Shown here: one piece after another, positions 20,106 through 28,503 of the stretch
How positions within the stretch are numbered: the first letter of the stretch is position 1
Layout: each line of letters opens with the position of its first letter
DNA from: a virus
IMG/VR virus record: IMGVR_UViG_3300042197_004429
Span: 1-64,000 of that record
DNA: 64,000 nucleotides
Direction: 5' to 3' (one strand)
The notes under the pieces: model-generated
Told to the model about the DNA's origin: nothing
What the model saw: the letters and a program-made list of their open reading frames with translations, nothing else
Database searches by the model: none
Position numbers and translations under genes: made by a program

Positions 20106-20543
20106 TTAATTCTTATATCTGTATCCTAGTATTTTAAGTGTATTTCTATTATTTGACCAATAAATATTGGATTTATTTTTTATTGCATATTTATATTTCC
20201 TAGGGGGAACAACTAATTTTCTTATTGTTTGTCTTTGGGGAATTTCGGAACTTTTAAAAATAAAAGATCCAACTAAATTATTTATAGAAGGTTGCAAACC
20301 ATCCGAAACTCCACTTTCATAATTTATTCCATCTATTGATTGTATTAAAAAAATTTCTACAAAAAAATCTGAATTATTGGCAAGATCTACTCTTTCTAGA
20401 AACAATTCGATATCATTAAACAAATACAAGCCTAAACTATTGTTTATTTCATCACTAAGTGCGATTTGATTAGGTGCAAAATTATTTAATTCGCCCGATA
20501 AAATCGTTATAGGATCAAAATTTTCCCATTGAACGTTAGCCAT
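20106..20543 (-). CDS. putative virion protein, paralog of 19249-20097
   Basis: Same module; start set at ATG 20543 with GGAG SD. Confidence 0.65.
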   Translation of the reverse strand: MANVQWENFDPITILSGELNNFAPNQIALSDEINNSLGLYLFNDIELFLERVDLANNSDFFVEIFLIQSIDGINYESGVSDGLQPSINNLVGSFIFKSSEIPQRQTIRKLVVPPRKYKYAIKNKSNIYWSNNRNTLKILGYRYKN

Positions 20544-20640
20544 TTTTTCTCCAAAATAGTTATTGTTTTGGAGAAATATTTTCTTTACCAATTGTTTTTT
20601 CGTTGTAGAATGCTTTAAGACCCATTTTCAAGGAAGTTTT

Positions 20641-21531
20641 ATGGTTTTCGCAACTCTAAAATTCAACAGACTAAAGAAAAGTCAAAAAGACGCTGTTTTA
20701 GCCGAGGCGGAACAACGTTTAAAGAGAATATTTTTTCATGAAGACTTTGAAAAACGGGCAGAGGTTAAAAAAATTCTTGGACCTATGCCAAATCTTTCAA
20801 TTTTTTTAGATGAATTAAGATCGATAAGATCAAAGTATTGCTTTGCGGGAGATAATTTTCAATCCCGTATTTTTTACGAAAGTCCTTTGTTAACAAAAGA
20901 TCAAGAAATTCACTTGTTTAGGCAATACAATTTTTACAAATACAGAGCAAAAAAAAGATTAAATAAAAAAGAGATTAGCGATGCTCTCAGGGATCTTGTT
21001 TTAGCTGAAGGTGTTAGAAACACTATAGCCGCAGCAAACCTGAGATTGTGCATTCCTATTGTTAAAAAAATTGGAGAACCCCACAGAAATGAAGATCTAT
21101 TCTCAGAAAGCTGCGATTTAATTTTAAAATCTGTTGATTATTTTGACCCAAACAGGGGATTCAAGTTTTCTACTTATGCAACCTGGGTTCTTAAAAATAA
21201 TCTCTATAGAGCCTTAAAATCATGGCGTAATTTTGAAGAAAAAAATTCAACTCGCTTGAATGAATTCGACAACTTAGCAGTGGCTGATCATGATTTTGGA
21301 ATGGTTTTTAAACAAACAGATCGGTGTTTAGTTATTAAAAAAATGCTTGAGCGTTGTGATGAAAGAGAAAAAAAAGTTATAGAAAGACGATTTTTTGAAT
21401 CTAAAAAATTAATTGAAATAGCCACAGAGTTTGGACTTTCTAAAGAAAGAATTCGCCAAATTGAAACAAGAGCATTAGAAAAAATTAAGAAACATTGCGA
21501 ACGAATTGGTATTTCTTTTGATTGTTTTTGA
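20641..21531 (+). CDS. sigma-70 family RNA polymerase sigma factor
   Basis: ANLRL..IVKK, DLFSE...SVDYFDPNRGFKFSTYATW (region 2), EIATEFGLSKERIRQIETRALEKI (region 4); start ATG 20641 with SD. Confidence 0.92.
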   Translation: MVFATLKFNRLKKSQKDAVLAEAEQRLKRIFFHEDFEKRAEVKKILGPMPNLSIFLDELRSIRSKYCFAGDNFQSRIFYESPLLTKDQEIHLFRQYNFYKYRAKKRLNKKEISDALRDLVLAEGVRNTIAAANLRLCIPIVKKIGEPHRNEDLFSESCDLILKSVDYFDPNRGFKFSTYATWVLKNNLYRALKSWRNFEEKNSTRLNEFDNLAVADHDFGMVFKQTDRCLVIKKMLERCDEREKKVIERRFFESKKLIEIATEFGLSKERIRQIETRALEKIKKHCERIGISFDCF

Positions 21532-21547
21532 ACAAGGACACCACCAG

Positions 21548-21811
21548 ATGACAGTTTCAAGTAATTTGTTTAAATGTTTAAAGGTTTTACCCTCTGATTA
21601 TCAAGAATATGGTGGAGAAGTTAAAAGATGGGAACACAACGAAAAAGATTACCCTGATTGCTCAAGGGGTTGTAAGTTTTTTGTTGAACTTCATGAACCT
21701 TATAATTTTGATTGGGGCGTTTGTGCAAATCCAAATTCTCCAAGATCTGGTTTGTTAACTTGGGAACATCAGGCTGGTTTTGAGTGTTTTGAACAAGAAA
21801 AAGAAAATTAA
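21548..21811 (+). CDS. Cys/His-containing hypothetical protein
   Basis: DCSRGCKFF...DWGVCANPNSPRSGLLTWEHQ. Confidence 0.65.
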   Translation: MTVSSNLFKCLKVLPSDYQEYGGEVKRWEHNEKDYPDCSRGCKFFVELHEPYNFDWGVCANPNSPRSGLLTWEHQAGFECFEQEKEN

Positions 21812-21812
21812 T

Positions 21813-21839
21813 TTGACATTTTGAAAAAAATTGTATAAT
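21813..21839 (+). promoter_or_regulatory. sigma70-like promoter upstream of the Ro60 gene
   Basis: TTGACA-N15-TATAAT (short spacer). Confidence 0.5.
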
Positions 21840-21865
21840 GACAACTACCGAAAGGAAAAAATTAA

Positions 21866-23461
21866 ATGTCCAACAATAATATTTTTTCAACTAAAATTAA
21901 ACCTTCCGCAAACACAAAAAATAATGCTGGTGGCGATGCTTATGATTTTGATCCAAAGCATTGTTTGGCTCAAGTTGCTGCCACAAACACGTTTAATGGA
22001 ACCTTTTATGCAACCGCAGAGCAAAACTTTAATTTAGCTAAAGTAGCCGCATTGCGTTTAAAAAATGACCCAGAATTTATTGCAAAAGTAGCAATTTATT
22101 CTCGTGACAAGTCCTACATGAAAGACATGCCTTGCTTCCTAACGGTGTTGCTCTCGGACATTAGCAAGCCTTTGTTTCGCAAGGTTTTTCGTCGTGTAGT
22201 TGACAATGGAAAAATGCTTCGAAATGTTATTCAAATGGCTCGAAGTGGGGTCGTGACTGAGAAAAAAATTAATGTGTCGTCGGGAAGTTGGAGACACGCT
22301 ATACAAGAGTGGTTTAATACTCAAAGCCCATCTAGTATTTTCAAGGCTTCTATAGGTAATAATCCAACTATGCATGACATTTTAAGAATGTCTCATCCTA
22401 AACCAAACTCAATTGAAAAACAATCATTATTTGCCTACCTCTCTGGGAAAGAATTTGATCTTGAAAAACTTCCACATCAAGTTAGAAAACTTCAAGACTT
22501 CAAGTCTGGCAAAACAAAAGATGTCCCCGATGTTGATTTTAGGTTTTTAGATTCTTTGAACCTTGGTCAAAAAGAGTGGGAGATAATTGCCTCTCAATCT
22601 CCGTGGCAAATGATGAGAATGAATCTTTCAACCTTTGCTAGACACGGTGTTTTCAACAACGAAAAAGTTGTTGAGATTGTGGCAAACAAATTAAAAGACG
22701 AGGAATTGATCAAAAAATCTCGTGCTTTCCCATACCAATTGTTTGCCGCTTGGAGGCAGATTGAGAATCAAGATGTTCCACAAATAATCAAATCAGCACT
22801 GGAATCCGCAATGGAAATTGCAATAAGCAACGTTCCAGAAATTCCAGGCAAAGGTTTGGTTTGCGTTGACTGCTCTGGATCTATGGGTTCACCAATAACT
22901 GGTTTTAGACACCGCACAGGTAACTCAAGTGTTTCTTGTAGTGACGTTGCTGGATTATTAGCATCTGCCGTGTATAGAAAAAATAAAAGAGTTGAGGTTT
23001 GGACTTTTTCTGATAATGCTAATATGGTTAAATTGAACCCAGAAAATAATGTGTTAAAAAACACAGAGAAATTAAACCTTGCTGGAGGTGGCACAAATAT
23101 ATCGGCACCAATACATCGTTTTAATAAAGACTATAAAAACGCAGATTGGATTTTGTATGTATCGGATTATGAATCTTGGATTGATTCTTCTTCCACCAGT
23201 TACGACTACAACACTGGTTACGGCTATAAATCCACCAGTTTGTCTTATGAGTGGGATGTTTTCAAGAAGCGTAATAAAAATGCTAAATTAATTTGTTGCG
23301 ATTTGACTCCAAGAGATAATTCTCAAATTTGTACCAAAAAAGACGTTCTGCAAGTCGGAGGATTTTCGGATCAGGTTTTTGAAGTTATTTCCTCCTTTGT
23401 TTCTCAATCTAAAAATGAGGATCATTGGGTTGAAGAAATAAACAAAATATCCTTGGATTGA
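21866..23461 (+). CDS. rsr: Ro60/Rsr TROVE-vWA RNA-binding protein
   Basis: NNAGGDAY, TNTFNGTFY, MMRMNLSTFARHG, FPYQLFAAW, vWA MIDAS DCSGSM, GGGTN, SDYES. Confidence 0.92.
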   Translation: MSNNNIFSTKIKPSANTKNNAGGDAYDFDPKHCLAQVAATNTFNGTFYATAEQNFNLAKVAALRLKNDPEFIAKVAIYSRDKSYMKDMPCFLTVLLSDISKPLFRKVFRRVVDNGKMLRNVIQMARSGVVTEKKINVSSGSWRHAIQEWFNTQSPSSIFKASIGNNPTMHDILRMSHPKPNSIEKQSLFAYLSGKEFDLEKLPHQVRKLQDFKSGKTKDVPDVDFRFLDSLNLGQKEWEIIASQSPWQMMRMNLSTFARHGVFNNEKVVEIVANKLKDEELIKKSRAFPYQLFAAWRQIENQDVPQIIKSALESAMEIAISNVPEIPGKGLVCVDCSGSMGSPITGFRHRTGNSSVSCSDVAGLLASAVYRKNKRVEVWTFSDNANMVKLNPENNVLKNTEKLNLAGGGTNISAPIHRFNKDYKNADWILYVSDYESWIDSSSTSYDYNTGYGYKSTSLSYEWDVFKKRNKNAKLICCDLTPRDNSQICTKKDVLQVGGFSDQVFEVISSFVSQSKNEDHWVEEINKISLD

Positions 23462-23464
23462 ACA

Positions 23465-23492
23465 TTGACAATTTAAAAACTAGGTGTACAAT
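23465..23492 (+). promoter_or_regulatory. sigma70-like promoter for the ncRNA cluster
   Basis: TTGACA-N16-TACAAT, placing the start at about 23499, the first base of the tRNA-like RNA. Confidence 0.7.
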
Positions 23493-23498
23493 AAACTT

Positions 23499-23586
23499 AG
23501 ACAAGTAGCTCAACGGTAGAGTCCGTCATTGCAAGAAGGCTTGCGCCTTTGGACGGAGGTTGCAGGTTCAATTCCTGTCTTGTCTT
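23499..23586 (+). ncRNA. tRNA-like RNA with the anticodon loop replaced by a 24-nt element
   Basis: Acceptor AGACAAG/CTTGTCT, D arm GCTC-AACGGTA-GAGT, stem CCGTC/GACGG, T arm GCAGG-TTCAATT-CCTGT; no CCA. Confidence 0.8.
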
Positions 23587-23587
23587 T

Positions 23588-23655
23588 TAGCGGAATGCCG
23601 CTGTGGTCTACATCATTGCCAAAGAAAGATGACTATAGCAATAAATTGTCCGCTA
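23588..23655 (+). ncRNA. candidate Y RNA 1
   Basis: Outer stem TAGCGGA/TCCGCTA, conserved ATGCC internal loop, inner stem GCTGTGGT/ACTATAGC; T-run follows. Confidence 0.7.
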
Positions 23656-23666
23656 TTTTTTTAATT

Positions 23667-23729
23667 TGAGGAATGCCGAACAGGTCTACATCAAAAGGTT
23701 TAATGAACTTGTTCAAAACTTTGTCCTCA
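23667..23729 (+). ncRNA. candidate Y RNA 2
   Basis: Outer stem TGAGGA/TCCTCA, same ATGCC loop, inner stem GAACAGGT/ACTTGTTC; covaries with copy 1; T-run 23731-23740. Confidence 0.7.
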
Positions 23730-23752
23730 TTCTTTTTTTTCGGAGACAAATT

Positions 23753-24157
23753 GTGAAAAACAAAATTGCCCTTTTTGTGTCTTTAATTTTAGGTTTGTTT
23801 TTTGTTTTCATTATTTCTAGTGTGGAAAACAAAAAAACTAGCCCAACAATCGTTAAAAAAATTGAACAAGAAGATAATTTTCTCTCCGAAAAAAGTACAG
23901 AACTTGACGAGTCAAAAATTTACAAGATGGCTTATCAAAGAGGGTTTAATTCTTTTATGAGACGAGTGGGAAGGCCAGATCTTGTTAGTGATAATAATGA
24001 TAAAATTGAGATGTATACATCGAATATAATCGCAGAAGCATCAGCCGAGGAGAAGCAAAAGATAGAAGAGATATCAGCCAAGGCTTATGTTGATGGGTAT
24101 CATAAAGCCGGTGACTCGACTGTTTGTCCCAGATTCAAGGATTCAAGATATCATTAA
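23753..24157 (+). CDS. membrane-anchored hypothetical protein
   Basis: GTG start 23753 with GGAG SD, TM helix, internal repeat AYQRGF/AYVDGY. Confidence 0.6.
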   Translation: MKNKIALFVSLILGLFFVFIISSVENKKTSPTIVKKIEQEDNFLSEKSTELDESKIYKMAYQRGFNSFMRRVGRPDLVSDNNDKIEMYTSNIIAEASAEEKQKIEEISAKAYVDGYHKAGDSTVCPRFKDSRYH

Positions 24158-24870
24158 TCATTTGATGGCCTTGGAATGTAATTTTTTGGGTAAATACCCT
24201 GCGGATTGTTTTTGTCTATTATTGGTATTTTTTCCAGCAGAGTGGATGCCTTTCCGGGGAAAACATCATTTTTCCCATATATAACCATTATCCAGCCTCC
24301 CCATAATTTATTAAACTTGTCCATACTCCAAGTTTGTACCCTCAAACTTCTGTCGGAGTTGTCTATAATTTTTACAATTTTATTTTTTTCATCGTAGTGA
24401 CAAATCACTATCGCATGACCGGGAACGTCCATTAAAGCACCACGACCTTCCTCCATCGCACGTTTTAATAATTCTATAGCTTTAATTTTATTATTATATA
24501 CATTTTCAAATTTCACTCCAAAAGTATCTAATTTATAAGAAGCATCTTTGGGACCAGAGTAGCTTTTGCACCCCGGTCTGCTGGTTAAAGGATCCGGCTC
24601 TAAGAGTTCTTTTATTTCTCCCCAACGAGCCAAGCACTCCAAAGATGAAAAAACACACTGTATGCCTGTGTAATTTCTAACTCTGCACTCCATCGGTATG
24701 GGACATTGTACATCTTTTAGCTCATCTTCTTCTGGAGTTCCAGAGTCGTATTCTTGTGTGTAGGTTGTGCTATAGTTCAAATCCCAGACAGGTAATTGGG
24801 AAAAATTTTTTTCTTTTTGTGTACAACCAGAAACAAAAAACAAAAAGATTACGATTAAAATTTTTCTCAT
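24154..24870 (-). CDS. lipoprotein with a C39-like papain-fold cysteine peptidase domain
   Basis: Lipobox VSGC; QCVFSSLE (Cys), GHAIVI (His), IIDN (Asp); start ATG 24870 with GGAGG SD. Confidence 0.7.
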   Translation of the reverse strand: MRKILIVIFLFFVSGCTQKEKNFSQLPVWDLNYSTTYTQEYDSGTPEEDELKDVQCPIPMECRVRNYTGIQCVFSSLECLARWGEIKELLEPDPLTSRPGCKSYSGPKDASYKLDTFGVKFENVYNNKIKAIELLKRAMEEGRGALMDVPGHAIVICHYDEKNKIVKIIDNSDRSLRVQTWSMDKFNKLWGGWIMVIYGKNDVFPGKASTLLEKIPIIDKNNPQGIYPKNYIPRPSND

Positions 24871-24941
24871 TACAGCCTCCTTGCGTAATACTCTAATATT
24901 TAGTATTATCAATTAATCATATTTTAAAATGATACACGATT

Positions 24942-25919
24942 ATGTTTAAATCAATTACAAAAGAACAAGCAAGGAATCTCGTCTTGGAGATACTCAAGAA
25001 ATCGGGGAAGAGATTGGGTCAAGAACTACAGGGTGATAACGAAGAGTTCTTAGATCGCTTGCTGAGGCAATTTAAAACAAAAATTGCACGTTGTTCTTGG
25101 AAAAAATCACAACATTGGTGCAAGTGGGATAATGATGGTCCAATACTTATGCCCGACTTCACCAGAATATATTACACCAAAGGCAACACAGAGGTGCTTG
25201 TTCAAGAATTTGCCCCTCAAATTAGATTGTTAAAGTTCAAGGGTGATTTAGTCCTCAAATCAAATAATTTTGATCTAATCGAAAACAAATCTGATCTCGC
25301 TAAAGTTTTTAATTATTCTTTGTCTCTTCCTTATGTTGTTTTTATTTTTAAATTTGTAGATGGATTATTTGCGGAAGTTAAGTGTTCTTTTTTAGATAAG
25401 CCTCTTAAAAATCTACAAGAAAAACCATTAAAACCTTACTTGCCAAATATTGATTCTAACTTAAATGTGTGCCTCGGTTCAGGTTTTGATAAATCTATGT
25501 TGGAAAAAGGAAACGTAACCCAACAATCGGCTTTAGTTTTAAATTATTTTTGGAACTCGGTTTTTTCAAACGAATGGGCGGATCATTATTGGTATTATCG
25601 TTCTTATTTTCAAAAAGGCGATATTCGTTTATCAAACTTGGATTCCTGGCAGTCTAACTCTATGAACGATCCTCTTTTTGTAATAGATGGTGTTAATTGG
25701 GCATACAACTCGGAGTTTAATTATGGTGATACTATAGTTAAGATGTTTGATAATGATAAAAAGAATATAGCATTACAAGAAGAGTTATATCAAGAACTAT
25801 CCGAAGATTTTTTAAAAGAGGTTGTTAAAATAATTAATGAAAATATAGAAAACCTCAACAACAGACCCCCAGAAAATTTAGTTGATCAATTAGCTGATTA
25901 CCTCGTTTCTAACTCCTAA
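24942..25919 (+). CDS. prokaryotic E2 (ubiquitin-conjugating-like) family protein
   Basis: YSLSLPYVVF, PYLPNIDSNLNVCLG (E2 HPN..C-like signature, Cys177), FWNSVFS. Confidence 0.75.
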   Translation: MFKSITKEQARNLVLEILKKSGKRLGQELQGDNEEFLDRLLRQFKTKIARCSWKKSQHWCKWDNDGPILMPDFTRIYYTKGNTEVLVQEFAPQIRLLKFKGDLVLKSNNFDLIENKSDLAKVFNYSLSLPYVVFIFKFVDGLFAEVKCSFLDKPLKNLQEKPLKPYLPNIDSNLNVCLGSGFDKSMLEKGNVTQQSALVLNYFWNSVFSNEWADHYWYYRSYFQKGDIRLSNLDSWQSNSMNDPLFVIDGVNWAYNSEFNYGDTIVKMFDNDKKNIALQEELYQELSEDFLKEVVKIINENIENLNNRPPENLVDQLADYLVSNS

Positions 25920-25924
25920 TTAAA

Positions 25925-26839
25925 ATGAATAAAGACTGGACCCCAGACTTTCCTGTTTATGTCTATTATAAGGACATGAAACTTCCAGATAGCGGTAATT
26001 ATTTTGTGATTGCCGGTAATGGTTGCTGGATGCATAAAGACACAGGTTTGTGTAAGTGTTTCATACCAGTTGATAAAATTAGTTTTTTAGACGATCTTAA
26101 AACTGACATAAAACTAGAGATTGATTTGCCAAAAATACCTTTGGATTTGGTTTGGCAAATCAAACAATTTTTTAAAATTGTTTTTGATAATTATTCATCA
26201 GAATCTGAAATTAACTTATTATTTAATAAAAAAGAAAATAAGTTTAAGATTCACGTTCCACAACAGATTGTTAGTCATACTAGTGTTAAATATAAACGTT
26301 GGAGCGCAAATCAGGCAGAAGATTTAAAGGATTATTTATTTGTTGGCACTTTCCACTCTCATAGTGATTTTGACTCGTTTCACAGCCACACTGACGTTCA
26401 AGACGAGACACACTTAGATGGTGTTCATTTTACTTTTGGCAACAACGATAAGCAAGAATTTAGTATAACAGCAAGTATAGTTATAAATGGATTTAGAAAA
26501 GAAGTAGATCCTTTAAATTTTTTACAAGGAATTCAAAAGTCGGATCTTGAAGAAAGGTATATTTTTGTTAATCATAAAAATGAAAAACAAAATGAATTAT
26601 TGCAACAAGTTAACGATTGGTTAGAAAATGTAAAACCTTTAAATAATAATTATCTAAAAAAACAATACGCACACTGGAAAGAGGGTATGTTTTCTTCTAC
26701 TTTGAGAAATCATTTTGGCGATGGTCCTTTCGAGGTTTTATCAAAAAAAGAAGACAAAATATCATTAAAATTACCCGATGGTGGTGACTTTGAATTATCA
26801 AATAAACTTTTTGAAATAGGACCAAAAGATGGAAAATAA
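25925..26839 (+). CDS. JAB/JAMM metalloprotease (deubiquitinase-like)
   Basis: Upstream Glu (SESEI), VPQQIVS, exact HxHx7Sx2D motif HSHSDFDSFHSHTD, DGVHFTFG. Confidence 0.88.
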   Translation: MNKDWTPDFPVYVYYKDMKLPDSGNYFVIAGNGCWMHKDTGLCKCFIPVDKISFLDDLKTDIKLEIDLPKIPLDLVWQIKQFFKIVFDNYSSESEINLLFNKKENKFKIHVPQQIVSHTSVKYKRWSANQAEDLKDYLFVGTFHSHSDFDSFHSHTDVQDETHLDGVHFTFGNNDKQEFSITASIVINGFRKEVDPLNFLQGIQKSDLEERYIFVNHKNEKQNELLQQVNDWLENVKPLNNNYLKKQYAHWKEGMFSSTLRNHFGDGPFEVLSKKEDKISLKLPDGGDFELSNKLFEIGPKDGK

Positions 26840-27539
26840 TATAGAAAAAATTAAAATTATAGGCTTGGGGGGAATTGGCTCTTATCTTTTGGATCCAATC
26901 TCCAGGTATCTATCTCATTCCGAAAAACAATATGAGATAACTTTTATCGATGGCGATTTTTATGAAGAAAAAAATTTAGATAGACAAAACTTTAGTTTAT
27001 TTCAAAACAAAGCGAAGGATGCATTTGAGAGAATGCAAAGCGTTTTTAAAAAAATTCATTTTAAATATAAGCCTGAGTATGTGAATGAAGATAATGTGGT
27101 TTCTTTAATAAGAAATAATGATATAATATTTCTATGCGTAGATAATCACTCCACTAGAAAAACTGTGTCGGACAGGTGCAAAGAATTAGACAATGTTGTT
27201 TTAATAAGTGGGGGAAATGATTTAATAGATGGCAATGTTATAGTTTACACTAGAAAAAACTCAATCGATATCACACGATCTTTAACGGATTTGGATCCAA
27301 GAATATCCAATCCAAAAGATACTAATCCTTCAACTTTAAAAAACAATAGTGGTTGTCAAAACTCTGCACAGTCAGAGCCTCAATTGCTTTTTACAAACTT
27401 TGCTGTTGCTTCTATGATGTTAAATTGTTTTAGAAGATTTGAAAATAATGATGTTAATTTTCATCAAGTTTATATTGATATACAAACCTTAAGAACTAGA
27501 CCTTCACCAGAGGTAGAAATTGAAAAGAGGAATTTTTAA
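26829..27539 (+). CDS. ThiF/E1-like ubiquitin-activating enzyme
   Basis: GLGGIG, DGDFYEEKNLDRQ, CVDNHSTR, SGGN, putative catalytic Cys176 in SGCQ...Q...N; no CxxC Zn pairs. Confidence 0.88.
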   Translation: MENNIEKIKIIGLGGIGSYLLDPISRYLSHSEKQYEITFIDGDFYEEKNLDRQNFSLFQNKAKDAFERMQSVFKKIHFKYKPEYVNEDNVVSLIRNNDIIFLCVDNHSTRKTVSDRCKELDNVVLISGGNDLIDGNVIVYTRKNSIDITRSLTDLDPRISNPKDTNPSTLKNNSGCQNSAQSEPQLLFTNFAVASMMLNCFRRFENNDVNFHQVYIDIQTLRTRPSPEVEIEKRNF

Positions 27540-27859
27540 TGTCACAAGAAAGAATAATAGACCAAGGTGATTTAACAAACAAAAGAGATGTTTCGGACAT
27601 TTCAAAAGATAAAACAGAGATTGTTTTTTCTCAAGCAACAAAATCTGATTCTAAGGTAAGAGTTGTTCATGGGGCTAATCAAGAATATTTTGATTTAGCC
27701 GGAAAGACTGTTGGGTCTGTTAGAAAAAACTTAAGGGAAATTTTCAATATACCTAGCGATGCAGAAGCCCTCATCTCAGGAAATGCTGTTCCTGATGATT
27801 TTATTCTTGAAGGTGGTCAATCTCTTGAATTTTTAAAAGAAAGTGGAGTAAAGGGTTAG
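27539..27859 (+). CDS. ubiquitin-like (beta-grasp) protein ending in Gly
   Basis: VRVVHG...DLAGKTVGSVR..L..IFNIP....ALISG..V.DDFIL..GQSLEF.KESGVKG; TAATG-coupled to E1. Confidence 0.78.
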   Translation: MSQERIIDQGDLTNKRDVSDISKDKTEIVFSQATKSDSKVRVVHGANQEYFDLAGKTVGSVRKNLREIFNIPSDAEALISGNAVPDDFILEGGQSLEFLKESGVKG

Positions 27860-27863
27860 TGTT

Positions 27864-28484
27864 TTGAAAAAATGTGCTTCTTTTATTGAAACTAGAATTG
27901 GTGATAAATATATTGATTCTATAAACAATCACTTAAGACACTTGAGTGGTTGGGATTTTTTTATTTTAACTACAAAAAAATCTTGGAATAGTTTTTATAA
28001 TTGCTTAAATTTAAAATTTAAAAGTATTAATGAAATAAAAGATTCAAATGATTATAATAAAATGCTTACTAGTTTTGATTTTTGGAATTTTTTTGTGAAA
28101 AAAAAATATGATAGAGTTTTAATATGCCAACACGACGCTGGTTTGCTTTTGAATAATATTGATGATTATTTAGAGTATGATTATGTTGGATCTCCTTGGG
28201 ATTTTCAAGAACATGGCGGCAATGGCGGCTTGTCTTTAAGAAATCCCAAAGTTATGATGGAGATATGTTCCAATTTTTTATTTGATAAAAGTTATTTTAA
28301 TGAGGATATCTTTTTCTGTGATGTTATGCACAAAGAAAAAATAGGCAATCTTGCTCCACGAGAAGTTTGTAAAAAATTTTCTATGGAAGTAATACTAGAA
28401 TTAAACACGACAGGATATCACGGAATAGAAAAATATCACCACCCTGATGTTGTCGATAGAATAAAATCTCAAGAAGTTATTTAG
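27864..28484 (+). CDS. glycosyltransferase-like protein (DUF5672-like)
   Basis: LICQHDAG, YDYVGSPW, GGNGGLSLRN, NEDIFF. Confidence 0.75.
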   Translation: MKKCASFIETRIGDKYIDSINNHLRHLSGWDFFILTTKKSWNSFYNCLNLKFKSINEIKDSNDYNKMLTSFDFWNFFVKKKYDRVLICQHDAGLLLNNIDDYLEYDYVGSPWDFQEHGGNGGLSLRNPKVMMEICSNFLFDKSYFNEDIFFCDVMHKEKIGNLAPREVCKKFSMEVILELNTTGYHGIEKYHHPDVVDRIKSQEVI

Positions 28485-28503
28485 CCCTATAACCCCAACA
28501 CTG

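Noticed and set aside
23499-23586. Ordinary tRNA-Ala(TGC) or intron-containing tRNA
   Set aside because: No G3:U70, a 24-nt loop, and the insert is far too short for a group I intron; kept as a tRNA-like ncRNA
23666-23752. N-terminal extension of ORF 23666-24157
   Set aside because: It overlaps the second Y-like RNA and its U-tract; GTG 23753 has an SD and gives a clean TM N-terminus
26829-27859. Thiamine/molybdopterin auxiliary metabolic genes (ThiF/ThiS)
   Set aside because: No pathway genes are nearby, and an E2-like and a JAB gene are coupled; sulfur-carrier function is not excluded experimentally but is less parsimonious
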